A stretch of 32,000 nucleotides of DNA from Halorarius halobius (GTDB lineage: Archaea > Halobacteriota > Halobacteria > Halobacteriales > Haloarculaceae). Both the position numbers and the translations under genes were made by a program. The notes beneath the pieces are model-generated. The model saw nothing but the letters and a program-made list of their open reading frames with translations. It was not told the origin of the DNA and did no database searches. Shown here in pieces: positions 22,792-31,549 of this stretch (its first letter is position 1; each line of letters starts with the position of its first letter). Location of the stretch: assembly GCF_024298865.1 (NCBI RefSeq), contig NZ_CP101161.1:175227-207226 (forward strand), given 5' to 3'.

Positions 22792-24567
22792 ATGGCCGAC
22801 ATCGAGCGGTATCTCAACGTCCGGAGCGCCCACTCGGCGTCGCTCTCGCCGTCGGGGACGCTCGCCTTCCTCATGGACACGACCGGGACGCCGCAGGTGT
22901 GGACGCTCGACGCGCCGGGCGCGTGGCCCGAACAGCGCACCTTCTTCGACGAGCGGGTGACGTTCTGCTCGTACGCGCCCGAGCGGGAGGAACTCGCGTT
23001 CGGCACCGACGAGGGCGGCAACGAGCGCATCCAGCTGTTCCGCCTCGACGCCGACGGGACGGTGACGAACTGGACCCAGCGGCCCGGCGCGAAACACCGG
23101 TGGGGCGGCTGGGACTCGACGGGCGACCGGTTCGCGTTCGCCGCGAACCGCCGCGACGAGTCGGCGTTCGACGTGTACGTGCAGGGCCGCGAGGAGACGG
23201 GCGAGGACGCCACCCGCATCCACGAGACCGACGGCTGGTACTCCGTCGCCGGATGGTCGCCCGACGACTCGACGCTCGCGCTCCACCGGGCTCACTCCAG
23301 TTTCGACCACGACGTGTACGCGCTGGACGTGGAGACGGGCGAGCGGACCCACCTCACGCCCCACGACGGCACCGTCCGCTACCAGAGCCTCTCGTGGGGG
23401 CCCGACGGCGACCTGTATCTGGTCACCGACGAGGGCCGCGATTTGCTGTATCTCGCGCGGCTCTCGCTCGACGGGAGCCTCGAGACCGTCCGCGAGGACC
23501 CCGACTGGAACATCGACGGCGTCGCCGTCGACGAGGAGTCGGGGCGACTCGTCTACTCGCGCAACGTCGACGGCTACACCGAGTTGACGGCCGCCGCTCT
23601 CGACGGTGGCCTCGACGAGTTCCCGACGCCCGCGCTCCCGGAGGGCGTGGCGGGCGGCGTCTCCTTCGGCCCCGACGGCGAGCGGTTCGCCGTCACCGCG
23701 ACGGGCGACACGCACAACGCGAACGTCCACGTCGTCGACGTATCGAGCGGGGAAGACACCCGCTGGACCCACGCCGCCACCGCGGGCATCCCCCGCGAGT
23801 CGTTCGTCGACAGCGACCTCGTGCGCTACGGCACGTTCGACGGCCGCGAGATACCCGCGTTCCTCACGCTCCCCGAGGACGCCGACGGCGAGGTCCCCGT
23901 CGTCGTCGACGTCCACGGCGGCCCAGAGAGCCAGCGCCGGCCCTCGTTCTCGGCGCTGAAGCAGTACTTCGTCGCCAGCGGCTACGCGTTCTTCGAACCG
24001 AACGTCCGCGGGTCGACCGGCTACGGCAAGGCGTACACCCACCTCGACGACGTCGAGAAGCGGATGGACGCCGTCGAGGACGTCCGCTACGGCGTCGAGT
24101 GGCTCCACGACCACCCCGCCGTCGACCCCGACCGCATCGCCGTGATGGGTGGCTCCTACGGCGGGTTCGTCTGTCTCGCCTGCCTCACCGAGTACCCGAC
24201 ACTGTGGGCCGCTGGCGTCGACGTCGTCGGCATCGCCTCGTTCGTCACGTTCCTCGAGAACACGGGGTCGTGGCGCCGCTCCCTTCGGGAAGCGGAGTAC
24301 GGCTCCCTCGAGGAGGACCGGGAGTTCCTCGAGTCCATCTCGCCGCTGAACCGCGCCCACCGCATCCGCGCGCCCCTGTTCGTCCTCCACGGCGCCAACG
24401 ACCCCCGCGTCCCCGTCGGCGAGGCCGAGCAGATTGCCGAGGAAGCGAGCGAGCACGTCCCCGTCGAGAAACTCGTCTTCGAGGACGAGGGCCACGGCAT
24501 CTCGAAGCTGGAGAACCGAATCGAGGCGTACACGCGCATCGTCGAGTTCCTCGACGAGCACGTCTGA
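22792..24567 (+). CDS. S9-family serine peptidase (prolyl oligopeptidase/acylaminoacyl-peptidase type) with N-terminal beta-propeller
   Basis: Track ORF. Nucleophile elbow GGSYGG, Asp region HGANDPRVP, His region DEGHG. The N-terminal half has propeller-like WSPDG/WGPDG repeats. Confidence 0.9.
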   Translation: MADIERYLNVRSAHSASLSPSGTLAFLMDTTGTPQVWTLDAPGAWPEQRTFFDERVTFCSYAPEREELAFGTDEGGNERIQLFRLDADGTVTNWTQRPGAKHRWGGWDSTGDRFAFAANRRDESAFDVYVQGREETGEDATRIHETDGWYSVAGWSPDDSTLALHRAHSSFDHDVYALDVETGERTHLTPHDGTVRYQSLSWGPDGDLYLVTDEGRDLLYLARLSLDGSLETVREDPDWNIDGVAVDEESGRLVYSRNVDGYTELTAAALDGGLDEFPTPALPEGVAGGVSFGPDGERFAVTATGDTHNANVHVVDVSSGEDTRWTHAATAGIPRESFVDSDLVRYGTFDGREIPAFLTLPEDADGEVPVVVDVHGGPESQRRPSFSALKQYFVASGYAFFEPNVRGSTGYGKAYTHLDDVEKRMDAVEDVRYGVEWLHDHPAVDPDRIAVMGGSYGGFVCLACLTEYPTLWAAGVDVVGIASFVTFLENTGSWRRSLREAEYGSLEEDREFLESISPLNRAHRIRAPLFVLHGANDPRVPVGEAEQIAEEASEHVPVEKLVFEDEGHGISKLENRIEAYTRIVEFLDEHV

Positions 24568-24594
24568 AGGCCGAAGCACGTCTGAGGCCTGAAG
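24559..24594 (+). repeat. 18-nt tandem duplication CACGTCTGAAGGCCGAAG / CACGTCTGAGGCCTGAAG
   Basis: Unit 1 (24559-24576) contains the last two codons and the TGA stop of the S9 peptidase. Unit 2 (24577-24594) repeats them in frame with one deletion and one insertion. Confidence 0.8.
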
Positions 24595-24595
24595 G

Positions 24596-25624
24596 TTGAC
24601 AACGGCGCCCGTCGTACGTACGGGCGTGTCCCTGCTCCCGTACGTCGCCGTCGTGCTCCCCGCACCGCTGGCGTTCCTCGGCGCGCGAGCCGGCCGTGGT
24701 CGGGTGTCGCCGCTCGCGGCCGTCCTGGCCGCCGGTGTCGGGACCGCACTGACCGCGGCGCTGGCCGGGACCGTCGGCGCCATCGCGGTCGCGCTCCCCG
24801 CCGAGGGGGAGGTCGCGACGACGCTGGCGACGCTTTCCGTCTACGCGATGCCGGTGCCCGCGGCGGTGCTGGCGGCCGGCACGGCGAGCGGGCTCCCGCT
24901 CCGGCGAGTGGCCCGCGGCTACGCGCTGGTCGTCGGGCCGGCGCTGGCCGCGCTGTCGGCGGCCCCGCTCGCGCCCGACGGCTGGTGGCTCGTCGCCGGC
25001 GTCGCCGCGGTCGGCGCGCTGTTGGCGGCCGGCACGCCCCTGCTGGTAGGGCGACTCGTGCCCGCTCGCCGGCCGACGCCCGCCGAACGCGCCCGCATCG
25101 GCGAGGTCGACGTGCCGGTCCGGGTGCTGTCCAGCGGTCGGCCCAACGCGCTCGCGGCCGGGCTGGTGCCCGGTCTGCGGGCCGTGTTCGTCACCGAGGG
25201 CCTGCTCGCGCGGCTCCCGCCCGCCGAGTTGCGCGCCGTCGTCGCCCACGAGGTGGGCCACCACCGGCACAACCACGTCGCCGTCCGACTCGGCGCGGTC
25301 GCCGTCTTCGTCCTGCCGTGGCTCGCGGCTACCGCCGAGGGCGTCCCCGGCGCGTTCCTCGCGGGCTGTCTGCTCGCCGTCCCGTACTCGCTCGCCGTCT
25401 TCCGGCTGATGCGCTACACGGAACTCGCGGCCGACCGGTACGCCGCCGAGCGTACCGACCCCGCGGCACTCGCGCGTGGACTTCGCCGGCTGACCGGGCC
25501 GGGACCGAGCGGCCGCCTCCGCCGGCTGTTCTCGCCGCACCCGCCGCTGGCCGACCGCCGTGCACGCCTCGCCGACCTGCCGGAGACGGTCACGTCGGCG
25601 GTCCGAAACTCCAGCCGAAACTGA
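24596..25624 (+). CDS. M48-family (HtpX-like) integral-membrane zinc metalloprotease
   Basis: Track ORF with a TTG start (alternative GTG at 24626). Several N-terminal hydrophobic helices and the HEVGH (HExxH) zinc motif. Starts 28 nt after the S9 peptidase stop. Confidence 0.8.
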   Translation: MTTAPVVRTGVSLLPYVAVVLPAPLAFLGARAGRGRVSPLAAVLAAGVGTALTAALAGTVGAIAVALPAEGEVATTLATLSVYAMPVPAAVLAAGTASGLPLRRVARGYALVVGPALAALSAAPLAPDGWWLVAGVAAVGALLAAGTPLLVGRLVPARRPTPAERARIGEVDVPVRVLSSGRPNALAAGLVPGLRAVFVTEGLLARLPPAELRAVVAHEVGHHRHNHVAVRLGAVAVFVLPWLAATAEGVPGAFLAGCLLAVPYSLAVFRLMRYTELAADRYAAERTDPAALARGLRRLTGPGPSGRLRRLFSPHPPLADRRARLADLPETVTSAVRNSSRN

Positions 25625-25638
25625 GGTGTCATCCCGAC

Positions 25639-25645
25639 ATATAAA
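25639..25645 (+). promoter_or_regulatory. orphan canonical TATA box (ATATAAA)
   Basis: The best TATA match in the window. It ends 22 nt upstream of a 9-codon ATG ORF (25667..25696) and about 95 nt upstream of the next gene. Confidence 0.4.
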
Positions 25646-25707
25646 CGCCGCGTGACACACCGCAGTATGGCGATTCTCGGTCCGAGAGCGGCGTGAACGA
25701 TGTGGTA

Positions 25708-25716
25708 CGTTTATCC
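25708..25716 (+). promoter_or_regulatory. TATA-like box (CGTTTATCC) for gene 25740..26198
   Basis: Ends 24 nt upstream of ATG 25740. Confidence 0.45.
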
Positions 25717-25739
25717 CACGGCCACTTCTGGAGATAGAC

Positions 25740-26198
25740 ATGTCAGCGGGACCGTCGAGAGCGCGCGTGACCGCGCGGCTCGCGCAACTGCAGGACGCCT
25801 ACGACGGGTTCGACGTCCGCCAGACGACGGTGAGCGTCGACCCCGCGGAGTTCGAGCGCGCCGCCGAGGACCGCGACGTGGTCGCACAGGTGGCGGTCCG
25901 GGTCCGCGACGACGACGGCCGGGCGCTGGTGGTGCCCGACGGCGAGGGGTGGGCCGACCCCGGGGGGTCGGTGGGGACGAGCCAGCCGCTCGTCGACACC
26001 GCCGTCTCGCTCGTCGAGGAGGAGACGGGCGTGGTGCCGCTCGTCGACTCGCTGGAGCGCGTCTCCATCGTCTGTGTCAACTGCGAGACGGACGACCAGT
26101 TGTACCAGCTTCACGCGCTGTTCGAGGCCCGGCCCGAGGCGGGGTCGGTCCGGCCGCCGGCGCAGTGGCGCGAGGACCCGCCCGCCGACCCGTTTTAG
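25740..26198 (+). CDS. hypothetical protein, possibly a degenerate Nudix fold
   Basis: Track ORF. GGSVGTSQPLVDTAVSLVEEETGV resembles a Nudix box (Gx5Ex7REUxEExGU), but the RE dipeptide is replaced (SL). TATA-like box lies 24-32 nt upstream. Confidence 0.65.
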   Translation: MSAGPSRARVTARLAQLQDAYDGFDVRQTTVSVDPAEFERAAEDRDVVAQVAVRVRDDDGRALVVPDGEGWADPGGSVGTSQPLVDTAVSLVEEETGVVPLVDSLERVSIVCVNCETDDQLYQLHALFEARPEAGSVRPPAQWREDPPADPF

Positions 26199-27253
26199 AT
26201 GACGCCGGTGACCGTCGCCGCCTCCAGCGCGGCCTCGTGGCTGAGCCCGTCGCCCAGGATGGTGTAGCGGTCGCGTATCTCGTGGGCAGTCGTCGCCGCC
26301 TCGACGAACTGCTCGTCGTCGATGCCGAGTTCCGCGGCCGTCGTCGGCGCGTCGATGCTCTCCAGCGCGTCGCGGACGTTGCGCCACTGCCCCTGCTGGC
26401 CGGAGTGGAGATACTCGGTGACGACGCTGGCGACGCCGACCTGGTGACCGTGGAGCGCGGCGTCGGGCGCGATGCGGTCGAGTTGGTGGGATATGAGGTG
26501 TTCCGCGCCGGAGGCGGGCCGCGAGGAGCCCGCAATCGACATCGCCACGCCCGAGGAGACGAGCGCCTTGATGACGACCCACGCCGACTCCTCGAGGCCG
26601 CGCTTGATGGAGTCGGCGCGGTCGACGAGCATCTCGGCGGTCATCTGCGATAAGGCACCGGCGTACTCGCTGTACTCGACGTTTTTCAGCCGGTTGGCGA
26701 GTTGCCAGTCCTTGACCGCGGTGTAGTTGGAGATGATGTCCGCACAGCCCGCGGTCGTCAGCTCCCAGGGGGCGTCCGCGACGAGTTCGGTGTCCGCGAC
26801 CACCGCCAGCGGCGGGTCCGCGGCGACCGAGTGGCGGGTGTCGCCCTCCGGGACGGAGCCCCGCCCGGAGACGATGCCGTCGTGGGAGGCGGCGGTGGGG
26901 ACGCTCACGAACCCCCGGTCGGTCGTGTCGGCGGCCATCTTCGCGATGTCGATGGCCTTGCCGCCGCCCAGGCCGACGAGGAAGCCCGCGTCCTCGCGTT
27001 CGACGGTGTCGACGACGCGCTCGACCGTCTCGAACTTCGCCTCCTCGACGACTTCGGTGACCGGCTCCTGACCCGCCTCGCGGAACTGGGCGCGGAGCCG
27101 GTCGCCCGCGATGTCGTTCGGCGTCGGCGAGGTGACCAGGAGTGGTCGGCCGTCGAGGTACAACTCGGAGACGGCCTCGACGGTCCGGTCCAGGACGCCG
27201 TGGCCCACGACGACGTTCCGGGGGAGCCGAATCCACGTCGACTTCTCGAACAT
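26195..27253 (-). CDS. egsA: sn-glycerol-1-phosphate dehydrogenase
   Basis: Track ORF. GLGGGKAIDIAK nucleotide-binding motif, SHDGIVS and metal-binding His region (AEHLISHQLD...LHGHQVG) typical of archaeal G1PDH. Confidence 0.92.
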   Translation of the reverse strand: MFEKSTWIRLPRNVVVGHGVLDRTVEAVSELYLDGRPLLVTSPTPNDIAGDRLRAQFREAGQEPVTEVVEEAKFETVERVVDTVEREDAGFLVGLGGGKAIDIAKMAADTTDRGFVSVPTAASHDGIVSGRGSVPEGDTRHSVAADPPLAVVADTELVADAPWELTTAGCADIISNYTAVKDWQLANRLKNVEYSEYAGALSQMTAEMLVDRADSIKRGLEESAWVVIKALVSSGVAMSIAGSSRPASGAEHLISHQLDRIAPDAALHGHQVGVASVVTEYLHSGQQGQWRNVRDALESIDAPTTAAELGIDDEQFVEAATTAHEIRDRYTILGDGLSHEAALEAATVTGVI

Positions 27254-27273
27254 ACCCCCGAGTCGACCCGGGC

Positions 27274-27281
27274 GTTCAAAC
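27274..27281 (-). promoter_or_regulatory. TATA-like box (GTTTGAAC) for egsA
   Basis: Lies 21-28 nt upstream of ATG 27253, within the 36-bp spacer after the SDR gene stop. Confidence 0.35.
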
Positions 27282-27289
27282 CCTTTCGG

Positions 27290-28282
27290 TTAGAGCGTCT
27301 CCAGCACCCCCAGTACGCGCTCCTCGGCCTCGCGGTCCGGGCCGTTCTCGCGGCCGGTGCGGTCGCTCGCCCGGTGGTCCGCGACGGTCGCGGCCAGCGC
27401 CTCCTCGTGGGGCGTCGGCCGCCAGCCGAGCGAACGGAGCTTGTTCGTGTCGAGGAGATGCGGATACTCGCGGTAGATGGGGAAGTCGGTGAGTTCGACG
27501 TCCGCGGCGGCGAGTTCCCGCGCGCCGGCGGTGACTATCTCGACGGAGGTGTCGCAGGCCTCGGCCAGCAGGTCGACCCACTCGCGCAGGATTGGCGCGT
27601 GGCCGTCGCCGACGTTGTACGCCTCGCCCGCCTCGCCGCGTTCGGCGACGGTCCGGAGCGCGCTCGCCACGTCCTTCACGTACACGAGATGCCAGAGGTT
27701 CGTCCCGTCGCCCGGGACGACCACGCGGTCGTGGCTGTCGGCTCTGTCTATCCAGTAGTCGAACCGCTCGGTGTAGTCGTGGGGGCCGTAGACGACGGGC
27801 GGCCGGACCGCCATCGCGTTCACCCCCTGCTCTGCCGCCGAGAACACCGCGCGGTCGCCCTCGGCTTTCCGGTTGCCGTACGTCTCCATCGTGTCGTCGG
27901 TCGCCTGCTCGGTCGTGCAGTCGTGGAGCGGCGTCTCGTCTTCGCGTTTGGGGATGCGCTCGGCGCCGTACGAGGCCCCCGAGGAGACGTAGACGTACGC
28001 GTCGACGTCGGCGAACACGTCCGTCGCCGTGCGCACGTCGACCGGCTGGTAGGCGACGCAGTCGACGACCACGTCGGGGTCGACGCGCTCGCGGGCCAGT
28101 CGCAGGCGGCCTTCTTCCTTCCGGTCGCCCTCGAAGTGGTCGACCCTGTCGTCGTCTGCGAAGGGGTTGTCGTGGGTCCCGCGGTTGAACACCGTGACCG
28201 TATAGTCGTTCTCGAGGAACTCCGAGACGGTGTGGCGGCCGATGAACCGCGTGCCGCCGATGACCAAGGCGTGGTCGGACAT
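27290..28282 (-). CDS. NAD-dependent epimerase/dehydratase (extended SDR)
   Basis: Track ORF 27290..28408, start moved to ATG 28282 (MSDHALVIGGTRFIGRH). Rossmann motif GGTRFIG and catalytic YGNRK (YxxxK). Confidence 0.88.
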   Translation of the reverse strand: MSDHALVIGGTRFIGRHTVSEFLENDYTVTVFNRGTHDNPFADDDRVDHFEGDRKEEGRLRLARERVDPDVVVDCVAYQPVDVRTATDVFADVDAYVYVSSGASYGAERIPKREDETPLHDCTTEQATDDTMETYGNRKAEGDRAVFSAAEQGVNAMAVRPPVVYGPHDYTERFDYWIDRADSHDRVVVPGDGTNLWHLVYVKDVASALRTVAERGEAGEAYNVGDGHAPILREWVDLLAEACDTSVEIVTAGARELAAADVELTDFPIYREYPHLLDTNKLRSLGWRPTPHEEALAATVADHRASDRTGRENGPDREAEERVLGVLETL

Positions 28283-28305
28283 ACTCGCCCTGCGGCCGCC
28301 GGGGG

Positions 28306-28312
28306 GAAAACG
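28306..28312 (-). promoter_or_regulatory. TATA-like box (CGTTTTC) for the SDR epimerase gene
   Basis: Lies 24-30 nt upstream of ATG 28282, within the 43-bp spacer after the DUF58 stop. Confidence 0.35.
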
Positions 28313-28325
28313 GTTGCTCGTCGGG

Positions 28326-29174
28326 CTACCGCCACAGCCGCGCGAAGGCGTCGAAGAACTCCTCGTCGGTGTCGGCGGGTTCGAGCCGTGCGCCCAGACG
28401 TTCGGCACGCTCGGCCACGTCGTCGAGATGCTCCTCCAGGCGGTCGCGGTACTGCTCGCGGCGGCGTCGGCCGACGTGGGTACGCAGTCGGGACTCCGTC
28501 TCGGGGTTCTCGATGAGGGCGTCGCCCGACACCGGTAGCTCCCGCTCCTCGGGAGTGAGCACTTGCGCCAGCAGGAGTTCGTTGCGCGCGAGCGCCGCCA
28601 GCCCCGATTCGAGGTCGTCGGGGTCCGTCAGGAAGTCGCTACAGACGAGCACGACGGAGCGGGAGCCGACGCGGTCGGCGTACGACTCCAGGGCCGCGCC
28701 GACCGCGCCCTCGCCCGACGGCTCCACGTCGTTACAGCGGTCCACGAGCGCGAGAACCTCGCCCCGGGAGGAGCGGGCGCGGTCGAGTCGGTCGATGCCG
28801 CGGTCGAACAGCGCGACCCGGAACTCGTCGTGTTCGCGCGCGAGCAGGTAGGCGAACCCCAGTCCGAGTTTCGCCGCACGCTCGAACTTCGGGGGGTCGC
28901 CGTACCCCATCGACCCCGTCGCGTCGAGCAGGACGTGGAGGGTGCGCGACCGCTCCACCTCGAACTGTTTGACGTACAGTTCCTCGGTGCGGGCGTACAG
29001 TTTCCAGTCGACGAGGCCGGTGTCGTCGCCGGGCGCGTACCGGCGGTAGTCCGCGAACGTCAGCCCCTCGCCGCGGTCCGCGGAGCGCTGGTCGCCGCGG
29101 TGGCGGGCCGCTACCTCGGGCCCGGCGCTGGCGAACCGCTCCAACTCGTCCAGAAACCCCGGGTCGATTGTCAT
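28326..29174 (-). CDS. DUF58-family protein (vWA-like, MoxR partner)
   Basis: Track ORF. DYRRYAPGDDTGLVDWKLYARTEELYVKQFEVE and the MIDAS-like DATGSM. ATGA start/stop overlap with the MoxR gene. Confidence 0.88.
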   Translation of the reverse strand: MTIDPGFLDELERFASAGPEVAARHRGDQRSADRGEGLTFADYRRYAPGDDTGLVDWKLYARTEELYVKQFEVERSRTLHVLLDATGSMGYGDPPKFERAAKLGLGFAYLLAREHDEFRVALFDRGIDRLDRARSSRGEVLALVDRCNDVEPSGEGAVGAALESYADRVGSRSVVLVCSDFLTDPDDLESGLAALARNELLLAQVLTPEERELPVSGDALIENPETESRLRTHVGRRRREQYRDRLEEHLDDVAERAERLGARLEPADTDEEFFDAFARLWR

Positions 29175-30127
29175 AGCAGGTCGTCGATGACGTCGTCGGG
29201 CGTCGCCCCCTCGCGCTCGGCCCGGAAGTCGACGCCGACGCGGTGGCGGAACACCGGCTTCGCCATCGCCTCCACGTCGTCCTCGCTGACGTACGACCGG
29301 CCCTCAAGCAGGGCACGCGCCTTCGCCGTGACGACAAGCGCCATGCTCGCGCGGGGGCTCGCGCCGAAGTCGATGCGGTCGGCTTCGCGGGTCGCCCTGA
29401 CGAGGTCGACCGCGTGCTCCTCGATGTCGTCGGCGATGGGTACCTCCCGGACCAGCCGCTGGGCCGCGAGCAGTTCCTCCGCGGAGAGCACCTGCTCGAC
29501 CGGAATGGCCTCGTCCACGCGGGTCGTGTACCGGTCGACGATTTCGAGTTCCTCGTCGCGGGAGGGGTAGTCGACGAGCAGTTTGAGCAGGAAGCGGTCG
29601 GCCTGCGCCTCCGGGAGCCGGTAGGTCCCCTCCTGCTCGATGGGGTTCTGGGTCGCCAGCAGGAAGAACGGCTCCGGGAGCGGGCGCGTCTCGCCGCCCG
29701 CGGTCACCTGCTGTTCCTCCATCGCTTCCAGCAGGGCGGCCTGCGTCTTCGGCGTCGCGCGGTTTATCTCGTCGGCGAGGACGACGTTGGCGAACACGGG
29801 GCCCTCCTCGAAGTCGAACGTCCGACCCGAATCCGTCTCGCGGATGACCTCCGTGCCCGTGATGTCAGAGGGCATCAGGTCGGGGGTGTTCTGCACCCGC
29901 GAGAAGGAGAGGTCCGTCACGGCCGCCAGCGTGCGGACGGTGAGCGTCTTCGCCAGCCCCGGGTTCGACTCCAGCAGGGCGTTGCCGTCACACAGCAGAC
30001 AGACGAGCAGGCGGTCGAGCAGTTCCTCCTGGCCGATGAGCCGGCGGCCCACCTGCTCGCGGACCGCGTCGAGTCGGTGTTGCAGGGTCTCTACGTCGAG
30101 GTCGGTGGTGGTGTCGTCAGTCGTCAT
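29171..30127 (-). CDS. MoxR-family AAA+ ATPase
   Basis: Track ORF 29171..30412, start moved to ATG 30127 (MTTDDTTTDLDVETL). Walker A ESNPGLAKT, Walker B VVLADEINRATPKTQ, FLLATQNPIEQEGTYRLPEAQADRF. Confidence 0.92.
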   Translation of the reverse strand: MTTDDTTTDLDVETLQHRLDAVREQVGRRLIGQEELLDRLLVCLLCDGNALLESNPGLAKTLTVRTLAAVTDLSFSRVQNTPDLMPSDITGTEVIRETDSGRTFDFEEGPVFANVVLADEINRATPKTQAALLEAMEEQQVTAGGETRPLPEPFFLLATQNPIEQEGTYRLPEAQADRFLLKLLVDYPSRDEELEIVDRYTTRVDEAIPVEQVLSAEELLAAQRLVREVPIADDIEEHAVDLVRATREADRIDFGASPRASMALVVTAKARALLEGRSYVSEDDVEAMAKPVFRHRVGVDFRAEREGATPDDVIDDLL

Positions 30128-30950
30128 CGTCTCGAATTTCGAGGTTGTACTCGCGGATGATGTCGGCGTTCGCCACGTCGTCCGATTCGGAGAAGCCCGC
30201 ACGCTGGGCCTCGTAGGCCCCTTCGCCGGCGTAGCCGCCGGTGTCGTAGCTCTCGTCGATGCCGCCGGAACGCTCGCCGTCGCCGGCCTGGCCGCCGACC
30301 GACGCGGACTCGTTTTGACTCCCCTCGGAGACGTTCGTGGGCGTCCCGAGCACGGCGTCACCGTCCTGGAGCCCGCCGTAATCGTCGTCGGGAGGCGCAT
30401 CGCCCACCCCACCCCCGTCGGGGGCGGGCGCGGGCGGCGCGGCGACGGTGATGCCGGCCACCGTCGCCTGCACGGTGACGGCGGCGACGGCGACGGCGAC
30501 GACGACCGTACCGGCCAGCCGCCGGCCGTCGAGCAGGCCGCGGCTCGACGCCGCCCGCAACTCGCTCAGCACGTCGGCGTACAGCCGGTTTGCGACCTGC
30601 GAGTCGAGGCCGGCGTCGGCGGCGTCCCGAGCCGTCCGGAGCGCCTCGGCCACCTCGGGGTTGGCCTCCTCGAACCGCTCGACGAGCGGCCGTCGGATGC
30701 GCACGCCGAGTTCGACCAGCAGGACGAGCAGGCCGACGCCGGCGGCGACGAACGCGCGCTCGGGGAACCCGCCGACGACGGGCACGCCGTTGGCCGCCGA
30801 CAGCAGGAGGTTGGCGACGAGCACGGCCACTGCGCCGTCGACGACGGCGTACAGCACCGCGGCCTTCACTCCCTCGCGGCGAACCGCCGTCACCGCCTCC
30901 TGTACCCGGGCGCGGCGCTCGGCGGGGTCGGCCGGCACGTCCTCGCTCAC
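30117..30950 (-). CDS. three-TM membrane protein with Gly/Asp-rich acidic C-terminal tail (hypothetical)
   Basis: Track ORF 30117..30983 (GTG start). I prefer the GTG at 30950 because it forms a GTGA overlap with the upstream stop. Hydrophobic segments: AAVLYAVVDGAVAVLVANLLL, AFVAAGVGLLVLLVELGV, LAGTVVVAVAVAAVTVQATVAGITVAA. Ends ...EYNLEIRDDDD and overlaps the MoxR start by 11 nt. Confidence 0.7.
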   Translation of the reverse strand: MSEDVPADPAERRARVQEAVTAVRREGVKAAVLYAVVDGAVAVLVANLLLSAANGVPVVGGFPERAFVAAGVGLLVLLVELGVRIRRPLVERFEEANPEVAEALRTARDAADAGLDSQVANRLYADVLSELRAASSRGLLDGRRLAGTVVVAVAVAAVTVQATVAGITVAAPPAPAPDGGGVGDAPPDDDYGGLQDGDAVLGTPTNVSEGSQNESASVGGQAGDGERSGGIDESYDTGGYAGEGAYEAQRAGFSESDDVANADIIREYNLEIRDDDD

Positions 30951-31549
30951 GACGACCCCCCCGTCGGCGTCGACTCGCGGCACTCCTCCAGTTCCTCGCG
31001 GAGTCGGTCGTTCTCCTCGCGGAGGTCCTCGACGGTTTCGGTCAGCATCTCCACCTCCGCGCGGAGCTGTTCGCGCTCGTCGAGCAGTTCCTCCTGTTTG
31101 GACTCCAGTTCCTCGACCCGCGTTTCGAGCTCCAGACGCCGCTGTTCGAGCTGGTCGACCTCGTCGGAGAGCTCCGAGACCCGCTGGCGAGCGGACTCCA
31201 GCTCCTGCTCGGTGCTCGACAGCTCGTCGCGGGCGTCCGCGAGCTGGTTTTTCGCCGTCGCCAGCTCCCGCTCCGTGGTCCGGAGCTTCTCGGTCACCGA
31301 CTGGAGGTCCGTCTGCCGTGTCTGGATGGAGGCGTTCAGCTCCTGGAGCCGCTGTTGGGTCGAGTCGAGTCGTTGCTGGGCCTCGTCGAGGTTCCCCTGC
31401 AGTTGCTCGTTGCGCTGTTCGAGCTTCTGGTTCTGCTGGCGGAGCTCCTCCATCGAGTCCTGGTAGTAGATGGTCGCGCCGGCGGTGCCGACAAGCGACA
31501 GACAGAGGAGTCCGAGCAGAACGCCGTTGATGCTGTCTCCGATGTTCAT
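30947..31549 (-). CDS. N-terminally membrane-anchored coiled-coil protein (hypothetical)
   Basis: Track ORF 30947..31636, start moved to ATG 31549 (MNIGDSINGVLLGLLCLSLVGTAGATIYY). About 165 residues of continuous Q/E/L/R-rich heptad-like sequence follow (EELRQQNQKLEQRNEQLQ...RLREELEECRES). ATGA overlap with the upstream ORF. Confidence 0.75.
   Translation of the reverse strand: MNIGDSINGVLLGLLCLSLVGTAGATIYYQDSMEELRQQNQKLEQRNEQLQGNLDEAQQRLDSTQQRLQELNASIQTRQTDLQSVTEKLRTTERELATAKNQLADARDELSSTEQELESARQRVSELSDEVDQLEQRRLELETRVEELESKQEELLDEREQLRAEVEMLTETVEDLREENDRLREELEECRESTPTGGSS

Noticed and set aside
22720-24783. Upstream 688 codons of track ORF 21667..24783 (a would-be 1038-aa protein)
   Set aside because: This part is antisense to the S9 peptidase and is Arg/Val/Asp/Gly-rich. 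The glycosyltransferase domain begins at ATG 22719, which has its own TATA-like box.
26702-28516. 604-aa plus-strand ORF antisense to egsA and the SDR gene, and the similar 29640..31466 ORF antisense to the MoxR module
   Set aside because: Both are Arg/Ser/Pro-rich translations without motifs. The opposite strand carries convincing genes.
30950-31500. Recurring GAGCTC / CTCGTC / CAGCTC strings suggesting a nucleotide tandem repeat
   Set aside because: This reflects the biased E/L/Q/R codon content of a coiled-coil coding region. I could find no fixed repeat unit.
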